64,000 nucleotides of DNA, taken from assembly GCA_023398495.1 (NCBI GenBank), contig JAEWSG010000225.1:79316-143315 (forward strand), given 5' to 3'. Below, piece by piece: positions 8,944 through 17,780 of this stretch (position 1 is the stretch's first letter; every line of letters begins with the position of its first letter). Source of the stretch: Bacillota bacterium (GTDB lineage Bacteria > Bacillota > Clostridia > Acetivibrionales > Acetivibrionaceae). The translations under genes and the position numbers were made by a program. A model generated the notes under the pieces. The model ran no database searches. It was not told where the DNA came from and saw nothing but the letters and a program-made list of their open reading frames with translations.

Positions 8944-9042
8944 GTCTAAAAATTAAGTTACTGCTTAGGATAATGAAAAAATTTGATTTGATGGTCTTTT
9001 TACAATGTAACAACAGGAAGTTATTTATTCATTATCCCTTAG
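8944..9042 (+). repeat. Structured intergenic element, family F2, copy C. TCTAAAA lead, then GGATAATGAAAAAA … TTCATTATCC long-range stem. Sits upstream of spmA
   Basis: Aligns with 25772-25881 and 56163-56261. Compensatory C>T / G>A change in the stem relative to the other copies. Confidence 0.5.
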
Positions 9043-9072
9043 TATGTACAATGATAAGATGGGGTTTTTGAC

Positions 9073-9663
9073 TTGCTTAATTATATATGGTTCGTTATGC
9101 TGGTTTTTGGCATTATTGTCGGGATATTAAATGGGAGAGTTGATGCCGTTACGGAAGCCGTTGTAGACTCTTCAAAAAACGCCATAGAGCTGAGTATAGG
9201 TCTATTGGGGATAATGTGCCTTTGGACCGGTCTTATGGGAGTTGCGGAAAAGAGCGGAATGATCAGGATTCTGTCAAGGGCTGTGAGGCCGGTATTGAAA
9301 TTTTTATTTCCGGGCATACCAAAGGGGCATCCGGCATCAGGGGCTATAGTTATGAACCTGGTTGCGAATTTTTTAGGGCTTGGCAATGCTGCTACTCCTT
9401 TAGGATTAAAAGCTATGGGGGAACTCCAGAAAATAAACAAAAATAAAGATACTGCAACAACTGAAATGAGCATGTTTCTCGTCTTAAACACTGCTTGTAT
9501 ACAATTCATTCCTGCTACTGTTATAGCAGTACGATCGGCTGCGGGTTCTAAAAATCCGGCAGAAATAATAGGAACCATATGGGTTGCAACGATTTTTGCA
9601 TCTATTACAGGTATTATTGCAGTAAAGATTCTTTCTTTTATTGGAAGACAGAAAGTGAGGTAA
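9073..9663 (+). CDS. spmA: Spore maturation protein A (nucleoside-recognition domain membrane protein)
   Basis: Strong similarity in pattern to SpmA ('GLLGIMCLWTGLMGVAEKSG…FLGLGNAATP'), followed by spmB. Confidence 0.85.
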   Translation: MLNYIWFVMLVFGIIVGILNGRVDAVTEAVVDSSKNAIELSIGLLGIMCLWTGLMGVAEKSGMIRILSRAVRPVLKFLFPGIPKGHPASGAIVMNLVANFLGLGNAATPLGLKAMGELQKINKNKDTATTEMSMFLVLNTACIQFIPATVIAVRSAAGSKNPAEIIGTIWVATIFASITGIIAVKILSFIGRQKVR

Positions 9664-9666
9664 CAT

Positions 9667-10197
9667 ATGGATATTATAACTAACTTGTCAACCTACGCAA
9701 TCCCTACTATCCTTCTTGTTATACTTGCAGCAGGAATGTACAGGGAGATTAAGGTATATGACGTATTCGTAGAAGGAGCGAAGGAAGGAATTAGCACAGT
9801 GTTAAGGATTATACCTCCCCTTGTAGGACTTATGGTGGCAATCGGAGTTTTTCGTGCATCAGGAGCACTGGATCTGGTTGTATTTGCGGTAAAACCTGTC
9901 ACCAATTTTTTAAGAATACCGCCAGAAACAGTTCCACTTGTATTCTTAAGGCCAATTTCAGGAAGTGCATCATTGGCGTTGGTATCCGACCTTTTTAAAA
10001 CTTACGGTCCCGATTCATTTATAGGAAGGCTTGCCTCAACACTTATGGGATCTACTGAGACTATTTTTTACACACTCGCTGTATACTTTGGTTCTGTAAG
10101 CATAAAGAATATAAGGTTTACGCTTGTAGCTGCTCTTGTAGCTGATCTCGCAAGTGTTATAGCAGCTGTTTGGATTTGTTCAATTGTTTTCGCGTAA
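9667..10197 (+). CDS. spmB: Spore maturation protein B
   Basis: SpmB-type membrane protein, 4-nt gap from spmA. Confidence 0.85.
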   Translation: MDIITNLSTYAIPTILLVILAAGMYREIKVYDVFVEGAKEGISTVLRIIPPLVGLMVAIGVFRASGALDLVVFAVKPVTNFLRIPPETVPLVFLRPISGSASLALVSDLFKTYGPDSFIGRLASTLMGSTETIFYTLAVYFGSVSIKNIRFTLVAALVADLASVIAAVWICSIVFA

Positions 10198-10218
10198 AGG
10201 CTTTTATTTTTTGCACTC

Positions 10219-11280
10219 TTAACTAATTTTGCCCGTGCGTCTAAGAAGTTTGCACAGATTATAGTTTAGCTTACCTTTAAGGTCTACATCTTTTATAATG
10301 TTAGAGCTTGCAAGTTTGTTGATTCCGGCAAGTGCTCGCGGATCCGACAGGTATAGCCATAAAAAATATTCAATTACACCTCTGTGAAAATCCGGATATT
10401 TTAGTGTTTTACACAATTCTAAAGACTTCTGTGCAAAAAATGAAATTCTTTCTTCACATATCTTAAGATTTTTATAATAGTTTATCAGGTTATAATTAGT
10501 GTTGATTATATCTTCCTGGACGTTTAAATAATTCTCCAGGAGCTTATGCAGTCCGCATATCCATGGGAAATAAGTATTACAAACTTTATTGATTTCATCG
10601 GAAGTGATCTCATCACTTAAAGAACAAGTGAAAAGTGCAACAATTCCTATAATTGAATCAGTTGCTGCGAAATACTCAAAGGAAAGGAGGTCTGCGCCTT
10701 CAATGTTGTATTTTTTGGACCAGGTATGTATCATTTCTTTTCTATACGGTTCTTTGATAAATTTGAAAAATTGAAGCTCAGAATAAAGTTTTGAATACTT
10801 CTTTATTGAACTGGCAACCAGTGCGAAATTTTTATTTTTTATAACTTGCCTTCTGCATTCTTCAACCAGTGCCTGCAAGTAGCCGTTATCGTTTAGGTAC
10901 GGATGATAAAGATAATAGTTCTCCGACGTGTGACTTATATCTACTGCATCCATAATCGAGTTGAAAAGCTGGTTTAGTGAAACGGCATCCTTAGGACCTT
11001 CTCTTTTAATAAGTTCCATTAAGTAGTTTGTAATAATTGTGAAGGGAACAATGAAGCGAAGCGAGTTTGTTGGATCGCCTTGGGGGTAAAGGGAAAGAAT
11101 GCTGCATTCCCTTAAATAACTCCATTTACGGTCGGGAATTTGGCCGGAAATACTGAAAATCATTCCGACATTAGTTTGGTTAAGTCTTTTTTCCCAAATT
11201 GAAGCCATCCTATCTGCACGGGAAAGAATATTGTTATGTAAGTTCAGTATAAGCTTTGTACTATAATTTATATATTCCAT
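10219..11280 (-). CDS. Hypothetical protein (353 aa), all-alpha. Possibly DUF2600/YtpB-like, a weak impression only
   Basis: Long ORF with a GGGTGA RBS. No motif I can name with confidence. Confidence 0.55.
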   Translation of the reverse strand: MEYINYSTKLILNLHNNILSRADRMASIWEKRLNQTNVGMIFSISGQIPDRKWSYLRECSILSLYPQGDPTNSLRFIVPFTIITNYLMELIKREGPKDAVSLNQLFNSIMDAVDISHTSENYYLYHPYLNDNGYLQALVEECRRQVIKNKNFALVASSIKKYSKLYSELQFFKFIKEPYRKEMIHTWSKKYNIEGADLLSFEYFAATDSIIGIVALFTCSLSDEITSDEINKVCNTYFPWICGLHKLLENYLNVQEDIINTNYNLINYYKNLKICEERISFFAQKSLELCKTLKYPDFHRGVIEYFLWLYLSDPRALAGINKLASSNIIKDVDLKGKLNYNLCKLLRRTGKIS

Positions 11281-11487
11281 AGTTAATCACCCAATCATTA
11301 TTATTTCCATTATATGCCTGATTAGTACAGGTATATACCATTCTTTTTAGTAAAGCTTGTATTGTGTTAACTTTTATATTAATGCTGCAATATGCATAAT
11401 GTTTTTAGAAGTGAAATTTCAGACGAAGTTTTACTTTCTGCATTCCATAGCATCCGTCGAAGGTAACCATGGGGGTCCCCTAGCGAA

Positions 11488-11520
11488 CAAGAAAATTCAT
11501 GAGCGAAGCGAATTTTCTTG
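11488..11520. other. Perfect 11-bp hairpin CAAGAAAATTC / GAATTTTCTTG. Loop ATGAGCGAAGC contains the GCGAAGC motif
   Basis: Read directly. Lies in the divergent region between the 10219-11280 gene and metG. No U-tract on either strand. Confidence 0.3.
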
Positions 11521-11677
11521 AAAAATGGACAGTATATATGTATATTAATATTATTGGAAGATTTAACGTATATGAAATTCAATAGTTTTTATAACTTAAC
11601 TTTTTGACTTTTATAAAGTAAACTATAGATAACGTACTGTCTTTAACAACGATTTATATATAAGGAGGATATAGAGG

Positions 11678-13642
11678 ATGGGAAATAAAACTTATTATAT
11701 TACAACGCCTATTTATTACCCAAGTGATAAATTACATATCGGACATTCATATACAACAGTTGCGGCTGATGCAGTGGCGAGGTACAAAAGGTTAAAGGGC
11801 TATGATGTAATGTTCCTTACAGGTACTGATGAGCATGGTCAGAAGATTCAAAGGAAGGCAGAGGCTAAGGGGGTTACTCCTAAGCAGTATGTGGATGAAA
11901 TAGTTGATGGAATTAAAGAGCTTTGGGAATTAATGAAGATAACAAATGACAGATTCATTAGGACGACTGATAAAAACCATGAAGAAGCTGTACAGAAGAT
12001 ATTTAAAAAGTTGTATGACCAGGGTGATATATACAAAAGTGAATATGAAGGCTGGTATTGTACTCCTTGTGAGTCCTTCTGGACAAAGACCCAATTAGTT
12101 GACGGCAAGTGCCCTGACTGTGGAAGAGAAGTGGAGATAACAAAGGAAGAGAGTTATTTCTTCAGATTATCAAAGTATCAGGACAGGCTGATAAAATTTA
12201 TAGAGGAAAATCCCGAATTTATCCAGCCGGTTTCAAGGCAGAATGAGATGCTGAATAACTTCTTAAGACCTGGGCTGGAAGATTTGTGCGTATCAAGAAC
12301 TACGTTTAATTGGGGAGTGCCGGTTACGTTTGATGATAAGCATGTTGTATATGTATGGATAGATGCACTTTCAAACTATATTACTGCGTTAGGTTTTATG
12401 TCTGAAAATGAACAGGCGTACAAAAAATACTGGCCTGCTGATGTACATCTGGTTGGAAAGGAAATTGTGAGATTTCATACTATAATATGGCCTGCAATGT
12501 TAATGGCTTTAGGTGAACCTCTGCCAAAGCAGATTTATGGTCATGGATGGCTTCTTTTGGAAGGCGGAAAGATGTCAAAGTCAAAGGGGAATGTTGTAGA
12601 TCCTGTAGTTCTTGTTGAAAAATATGGATTAGATGCTATAAGGTATTTCCTTTTAAGGGAGGTTCCCTTTGGATCTGACGGAGTATTTTCCAATGAGTCG
12701 TTAATCAACAGAATCAATTCAGATCTTGCAAATGATTTAGGGAATCTTGTAAGCAGAACGGTTGCAATGATTGACAAATATTTTGAGGGTGTAATGCCTG
12801 AACATAGGCAGGAGGGTGACTTTGACGAAGATTTAAAAAGGCTGGTTATGGAGACTTCGCCCAAGGTTGAGCAGCTGCTTGACAAATTGCAGTTCAGTTC
12901 AGCTCTCACAGAGATTTGGAAGGTAATATCAAGAACAAATAAATATATAGATGAGACAATGCCATGGGTTTTAGCCAAAGATGAGGCAAACAAGCCAAGG
13001 CTTGCCGGAGTAATGTATAATCTGGCAGAGAGCCTGAGAATTATTTCAATCCTCTTACAGCCGTTTATGCCTGAAACGCCCGAAAAGATATGGAAGCAAC
13101 TGGGTCTGGCCGACCCGAAAGCTATCCGTTGGGACAGTACTCAGAATTGGGGAGGATATCCGGCAGGTACAAAGGTAAATAAAGGAGATGTTATTTTTCC
13201 AAGGATAGATATAAAAAAGGAAATGGAAGAGCTAGAAAAGCTTACAGTAAAAGAGGCGGAAAAAGAAGAAAAGAAGAAAGCAGTCAAGCCCCAAAAAGAG
13301 GCAAAGGAAGGCTCTGAAGGATTTATTTCAATTGAGGATTTTGCAAAAATTGACTTAAGGGTTGCGAAGGTGCTGGAGGCAGAAAAGGTAGAAGGTGCCG
13401 ATAAACTTCTAAAACTGAAACTGGAAATGGGAAATGAGATAAGGCAGGTAGTGTCTGGAATTGCAAAACACTACACACCGGAAGAACTCTCAGGCAAATT
13501 TGTTATTCTTGTTGCAAATTTAAAGCCTGTCAAATTAAAGGGCATAGAGTCACAAGGGATGATACTTGCTGCTTCTGATGACAAGGAACTTGTACTTGCC
13601 GGATTGGATAAGGCAATAGATAGCGGAACAAAAGTAAGGTAA
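11678..13642 (+). CDS. metG: Methionyl-tRNA synthetase, including the C-terminal EMAP/tRNA-binding domain
   Basis: 'HIGHSYT' (HIGH) and 'KMSKS' motifs, CxxC…CxxC zinc knuckle, C-terminal 'GVMYNLAESLR…' tRNA-binding domain. AGGAGG RBS. Confidence 0.95.
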   Translation: MGNKTYYITTPIYYPSDKLHIGHSYTTVAADAVARYKRLKGYDVMFLTGTDEHGQKIQRKAEAKGVTPKQYVDEIVDGIKELWELMKITNDRFIRTTDKNHEEAVQKIFKKLYDQGDIYKSEYEGWYCTPCESFWTKTQLVDGKCPDCGREVEITKEESYFFRLSKYQDRLIKFIEENPEFIQPVSRQNEMLNNFLRPGLEDLCVSRTTFNWGVPVTFDDKHVVYVWIDALSNYITALGFMSENEQAYKKYWPADVHLVGKEIVRFHTIIWPAMLMALGEPLPKQIYGHGWLLLEGGKMSKSKGNVVDPVVLVEKYGLDAIRYFLLREVPFGSDGVFSNESLINRINSDLANDLGNLVSRTVAMIDKYFEGVMPEHRQEGDFDEDLKRLVMETSPKVEQLLDKLQFSSALTEIWKVISRTNKYIDETMPWVLAKDEANKPRLAGVMYNLAESLRIISILLQPFMPETPEKIWKQLGLADPKAIRWDSTQNWGGYPAGTKVNKGDVIFPRIDIKKEMEELEKLTVKEAEKEEKKKAVKPQKEAKEGSEGFISIEDFAKIDLRVAKVLEAEKVEGADKLLKLKLEMGNEIRQVVSGIAKHYTPEELSGKFVILVANLKPVKLKGIESQGMILAASDDKELVLAGLDKAIDSGTKVR

Positions 13643-13657
13643 TGGAGAAGAGAAGAT

Positions 13658-14425
13658 ATGCTTTTTGATACACATGCACATTATGATGATGAAAAGTTTG
13701 CAGAAGATAGGTACGAAGTTATAGAGAAGGCTCACCGAAGTGGCATTTCCTATATCATAAATGCGGCTACTGATTTAAAATCCTGTGAGGATAGCCTTGC
13801 CTTTGCCCGGAAGTATAAATATTTCTATGCAGCGGTCGGGGTTCATCCCCATGAGGTGGGTGACATTGATAATAGTACTTTAAATAAGCTTGCAGAGATG
13901 GCAAAAGAGGATAAGGTTGTTGCTATAGGAGAAATCGGGCTTGACTATTACTATGACACAGCACCACGTGAGACGCAGAGACATTGGTTTGCACAGCAAA
14001 TAAAACTTGCAAGGGATATGATGTTGCCCATAATAGTTCATGACAGGGATGCTCATCAAGATTCTATTGATATAATCAAGGCACAGAATGCTTGTGATAT
14101 GGGGGGTGTATTTCACTGTTACTCGGGAAGTTTAGAGATGGCAAAGGAATTGGTTGATTACAATTTCTATATATCCGTTGGAGGAGCATTAACCTTTAAA
14201 AATGCCAGGAAATTGGTTGAAGTGGTCAGGTGGATTCCTATTGACAGGCTTCTGATTGAGACGGACTCACCATATCTGACACCCGAACCTCATCGGGGCA
14301 AACGGAATGATTCAAGTTATGTAAGGTATGTTGCAGAAAAAGTAGCCGAGATAAAACAGATGGATTATGAAAAGGTGGCTGAGGCAACACTTAAAAATGC
14401 TAAAGAGCTGTTTAAAATAAAGTAG
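13658..14425 (+). CDS. tatD: TatD-family metal-dependent DNase (YabD)
   Basis: 'DTHAHYDD', 'GEIGLDYYY' and 'HCYSGS' TatD signature motifs. Synteny after metG as in B. subtilis. Confidence 0.9.
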   Translation: MLFDTHAHYDDEKFAEDRYEVIEKAHRSGISYIINAATDLKSCEDSLAFARKYKYFYAAVGVHPHEVGDIDNSTLNKLAEMAKEDKVVAIGEIGLDYYYDTAPRETQRHWFAQQIKLARDMMLPIIVHDRDAHQDSIDIIKAQNACDMGGVFHCYSGSLEMAKELVDYNFYISVGGALTFKNARKLVEVVRWIPIDRLLIETDSPYLTPEPHRGKRNDSSYVRYVAEKVAEIKQMDYEKVAEATLKNAKELFKIK

Positions 14426-14521
14426 TACAGCATTTTACATAAGTAAATAATCACAAAATTATTTCCGGTTCATATACTGATAATGAATATTGTGAAAATC
14501 AGCACCGGAGGTAATTTTTTT

Positions 14522-15148
14522 ATGGAAAAAAGTAAGATTAAAAAAGAAGTGGAAATGGCTGCGACACCAAAAAAGGTTGAAAATGTTGTGACAGAGCCTG
14601 TAAAACCAATGCAGAACGGGCAACAGGCACAGCCTGTGCAGCAAATGAACCAGATGCCACAAATGAATCAGCTCCCACAAATGAACCAAATGCCACAAAT
14701 GAATCAGATGCCACAGATGAACCAAATGCCGCAAATGAATCAGATGCCACAGATGAACCAAATGCCTGAGATGAATCAATTACCACAGATGAATCAAATG
14801 CCGCAAATGATGCAAATGCCTGAAATGAATCAGATGAATCAGATGATGCAGATGGCGGAAATAAACCAGATGCCTCAGATGAATCAGGTACAACCAATTG
14901 CTCAGATGCCCCAAATGAACGCTGCACCTTATATGCCACAGGTTCAACCAATGCAATACATGCCACAGATGGCACAGGTACCTGTGATTTGTTGTCCGTA
15001 CTTAATGAATATGCAATGCCCATTGATGCAGTCTGAGTATCCTTCTATGTTACAAGGGGTATCAAATCAGAATATAAATCCTTACACGAATAACCAAAAT
15101 ATGATGAATCCATACAATATGAGTCCAAACATGGGAAATCAATATTAA
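14522..15148 (+). CDS. Low-complexity Q/M/N/P-rich protein with about 15 tandem hexapeptide (MNQMPQ) repeats and a Cys-rich C-terminus. Possible spore-coat-type protein
   Basis: 18-nt tandem DNA repeats (caaatgccacaaatgaat variants) at about 14640-14900. The ATG at 14522 has a GGAGGT RBS. The ORF-track start (14483) has none. Confidence 0.6.
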   Translation: MEKSKIKKEVEMAATPKKVENVVTEPVKPMQNGQQAQPVQQMNQMPQMNQLPQMNQMPQMNQMPQMNQMPQMNQMPQMNQMPEMNQLPQMNQMPQMMQMPEMNQMNQMMQMAEINQMPQMNQVQPIAQMPQMNAAPYMPQVQPMQYMPQMAQVPVICCPYLMNMQCPLMQSEYPSMLQGVSNQNINPYTNNQNMMNPYNMSPNMGNQY

Positions 15149-15274
15149 TAAAACAGGGAATGTTGCAAAACACGTTAACCTTACCGAAATGCAGGTGCAG
15201 ATAAAGGTTAATAATGTTTGCAGCATTCCTTGTTTTATGGGAAATGAATAAATGATAGTAAACATGTATACTAT

Positions 15275-15376
15275 ATTATAGATGAAAAACTCTAAAACTA
15301 AAATTAAATGACGTTTTTCATCTAAATTAGATAACGTTTGGGTGCCATATAGATTTGACTTTAGTGTACGTTATCT
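15275..15376 (+). repeat. Structured intergenic element, family F1, copy a. Hairpin GATGAAAAAC/GTTTTTCATC with TCTAAAAC in the loop, then hairpin AGATAACGT/ACGTTATCT
   Basis: About 90% identical to 43674-43773. Directly follows the complex terminator of the repeat-protein gene. About 120 nt upstream of the yabE ATG. Confidence 0.55.
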
Positions 15377-15495
15377 GTAGATATAGATCAAAAAAATGGC
15401 TGTTTTGTTGTGGTTTCCCAGGCGATTTGACAAAGGAACCAATTTAACTTAAAATAACCATAAGTCCCTTTAATATTTTGGACAGGAGGAGTCGG

Positions 15496-16554
15496 ATGAT
15501 ATTACCACTTGCGAAAAATATTCAAAGGTATTTTTCAAAAAAGAGAATAGCAACTGCATTATTTGCAGTTGTAGCAACAGTATTATTGGGGGTATTTGTT
15601 TTTTCGGCATTTAGCACTAACGTAATTATTGATTACAATGGAACTCAGATTACTGTTACAACAATGAGAAATACCGTGAAAGATGTGCTTACGCAAAGCG
15701 GCATAAAAGTCAGCGATTTTGATTATGTAAGTTTACCACTTAATACACGATTACTAAGAGATAAGACAACTAAAATACATATTAAATCTGCAGTACCTAT
15801 AAATGTTTTCGCTGATGGAAAAGAAACTACAATAATGACAAGTAAAGATACTGTTAAGGAAGCTTTGCAGGACAGTTCTGTCGGACTAGGAGTTTATGAC
15901 AGAATAGAAGGCGTAAAACCTGATGATAAGATTTATGAAAATATAAAAGTAAAAGTAGTCAGGGTAAGACGGGAACTGGTAAGTCAGAATGAAATCATAC
16001 CTTATGGAGTTGATAGGAAAGCAAACAATTCCATTGATCAGGGTGTGGAGGAAGTAGTTAGTAAGGGTAAGAATGGCGTATGTGAAAAGACATATATGGT
16101 AGTTTATGAAGACAACAAAGAGGTAAAAAAGCAGCTTTTAACCAATGCTATTGTTTCAGATCCTGTAAAGGAAGTAGTTGAGTATGGTACCATAGCAACT
16201 TATACCGCATCGAGAGGAAATACCATCAGGTATAAAAAAGTACTTGAAATGTCTGCAACAGCTTATACCGCATCTTTTAAGGATACCAAAAAGCATCCGG
16301 GTGATCCGGGATTTGGCATTACTTATACAGGTGTAAGGGTTAAAAAGGGAATTGTTGCAGTTGATCCAAAGGTTATACCTTTAGGAACAAGATTGTATAT
16401 CGAAGGAGTAGGCAAAACTCCTGACTATGGATATGCAGTTGCAGCAGATATAGGCAGTGCAATAAAGGGAAACAAAATTGACCTTTATATGGACGGCCAG
16501 GATGTGGTTGACAGGTGGGGACGAAAAAAGGTAAAGGTATATATACTTTACTAA
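15496..16554 (+). CDS. yabE: YabE-like cell-wall protein (DUF348-G5-3D domain architecture)
   Basis: C-terminal 3D domain ('TASGRPT…'-like: 'AVDPKVIPLGTRLYIEGVG…YAVAADIGSAIKGNKIDLYMD') and N-terminal TM anchor. AGGAGGAG RBS before the ATG at 15496. Confidence 0.8.
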   Translation: MILPLAKNIQRYFSKKRIATALFAVVATVLLGVFVFSAFSTNVIIDYNGTQITVTTMRNTVKDVLTQSGIKVSDFDYVSLPLNTRLLRDKTTKIHIKSAVPINVFADGKETTIMTSKDTVKEALQDSSVGLGVYDRIEGVKPDDKIYENIKVKVVRVRRELVSQNEIIPYGVDRKANNSIDQGVEEVVSKGKNGVCEKTYMVVYEDNKEVKKQLLTNAIVSDPVKEVVEYGTIATYTASRGNTIRYKKVLEMSATAYTASFKDTKKHPGDPGFGITYTGVRVKKGIVAVDPKVIPLGTRLYIEGVGKTPDYGYAVAADIGSAIKGNKIDLYMDGQDVVDRWGRKKVKVYILY

Positions 16555-16748
16555 TAATAAGAACAGTTGAAGTGTCATTTGACATTTATTTTTGTAATGT
16601 CAAAAAGCACTGGTAAATGAATTATAGTTTGGTTATAATATTTGAAAGGGACTTTTATTTGGCCGGGATTGTTTGTCCCGGCTATTTCTCTGTGTATAAG
16701 GCTAGTGTCATAAGGATATATATTTTAAATTTGGAGTTGTGACAAATA

Positions 16749-17588
16749 ATGGGATTAAATACAAAAGAACTTATTAAAAGATATGGGATCAGGTTGACTA
16801 AATCTCTTGGACAAAATTTCCTTACTGATGAAAATGTAGTAACACGTATTGTGGATACTGCTGAGGTTACATCTAGTGACCTTGTTATGGAAATAGGGCC
16901 TGGAATAGGAAGTATGACAGGAGAGCTTGCAGCAAGAGCAGGGAGGGTTGTGGCAGTTGAAATAGACAGACATCTTATTCCAGCTCTCAAAGAAAACTTG
17001 AAAGAGTTTTCCAACCTTGAAATAATCAATGAAGATATTATGAAGGTTAATGTAAAAAATATAACCGGCAACGAGCAGAATATGACACTGAAAGTAGCGG
17101 CGAATTTGCCTTATTATATAACTACGCCAATTATTATGAAGCTTCTTGAGGAAGAGAATGACATTGAATTGATGGTGTTTATGGTTCAAAAAGAGGTGGC
17201 ACAAAGAATGGTAGCAAAACCTGGAGGCAAAGATTATGGTGCGTTATCTGTTGCTGTACAGTATTATGCACAGCCGGAAAAAGTTTTTGATGTACCTCCG
17301 CATTGTTTTGTACCACAGCCTGAGGTTGATTCAACAATTGTAAAGCTGAAAAAGAATAAAACTCCGCCTGTTAGTCTGAAGGATAAGGATATGTTTTTCA
17401 AGGTTGTAAAGGCATCCTTTGGACAAAGAAGAAAGACACTATTAAATGCACTGACCAATTTTGGAGGGTTTAACAGGTCTAAGGAGGAAATACGGGAAAT
17501 ACTGTTAGGGCTGAATATTGATGAAAATGCAAGGGGAGAGACACTGTCAATAGAGCAGTTTGCAAGTCTGTCCAATCAGTTCTGCTAA
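16749..17588 (+). CDS. rsmA: 16S rRNA (adenine1518/1519-N6)-dimethyltransferase
   Basis: 'LGQNFL', 'VMEIGPGIGSMT' SAM motif and 'NLPY' motif IV. KsgA family. Confidence 0.9.
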   Translation: MGLNTKELIKRYGIRLTKSLGQNFLTDENVVTRIVDTAEVTSSDLVMEIGPGIGSMTGELAARAGRVVAVEIDRHLIPALKENLKEFSNLEIINEDIMKVNVKNITGNEQNMTLKVAANLPYYITTPIIMKLLEEENDIELMVFMVQKEVAQRMVAKPGGKDYGALSVAVQYYAQPEKVFDVPPHCFVPQPEVDSTIVKLKKNKTPPVSLKDKDMFFKVVKASFGQRRKTLLNALTNFGGFNRSKEEIREILLGLNIDENARGETLSIEQFASLSNQFC

Positions 17589-17615
17589 ATATAATTTAAA
17601 AGAATGTTACTTGTG

Positions 17616-17661
17616 AATAACCTGTTTACGTGTTTAAACGCATAAACGGGTTATTTTTTTG
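17616..17661 (+). terminator. Rho-independent terminator of rsmA
   Basis: AATAACCTGTTTACG…CGCATAAACGGGTTATT followed by T7. Confidence 0.6.
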
Positions 17662-17780
17662 TATTGCAACATATATATAAATATATGAACACAAGGTGTT
17701 AAATGATGAAAATATAAACTTTCTTTAAAAAATAATGACTATAGGCAGGCAACATATTATGAAAAAGTGAGGGGAGAAAA

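Noticed and set aside
9081-9578. 165-aa minus-strand ORF antisense to spmA; similar long antisense ORFs at 12541-12993 (in metG) and 16755-17204 (in ksgA)
   Set aside because: Each overlaps a confidently identified conserved gene on the other strand. They lack RBSs and are typical AT-rich antisense ORFs.
11050-11075. Third copy of AGCGAAGCGAGTTTG inside the 10219-11280 coding region
   Set aside because: It is in frame within an apparently intact protein sequence ('GDPTNSLRF'). A single 15-nt match is within chance expectation for 64 kb, so I did not treat it as an element insertion.
11290-11677. Expected T-box leader upstream of metG
   Set aside because: I searched both strands for the T-box core (AGGGTGGnACCGCG) and a specifier/antiterminator arrangement and found none. 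The region appears to be a plain divergent promoter region containing the GCGAAGC-loop hairpin.
14459-15023. Minus-strand ORFs 14459-14779 and 14538-15023 ('HLWHLIHL…' and Ser/Ala-rich)
   Set aside because: Artefacts of the 18-nt tandem repeats in the QMN-repeat gene. The repeated peptide unit mirrors the sense-strand repeat.
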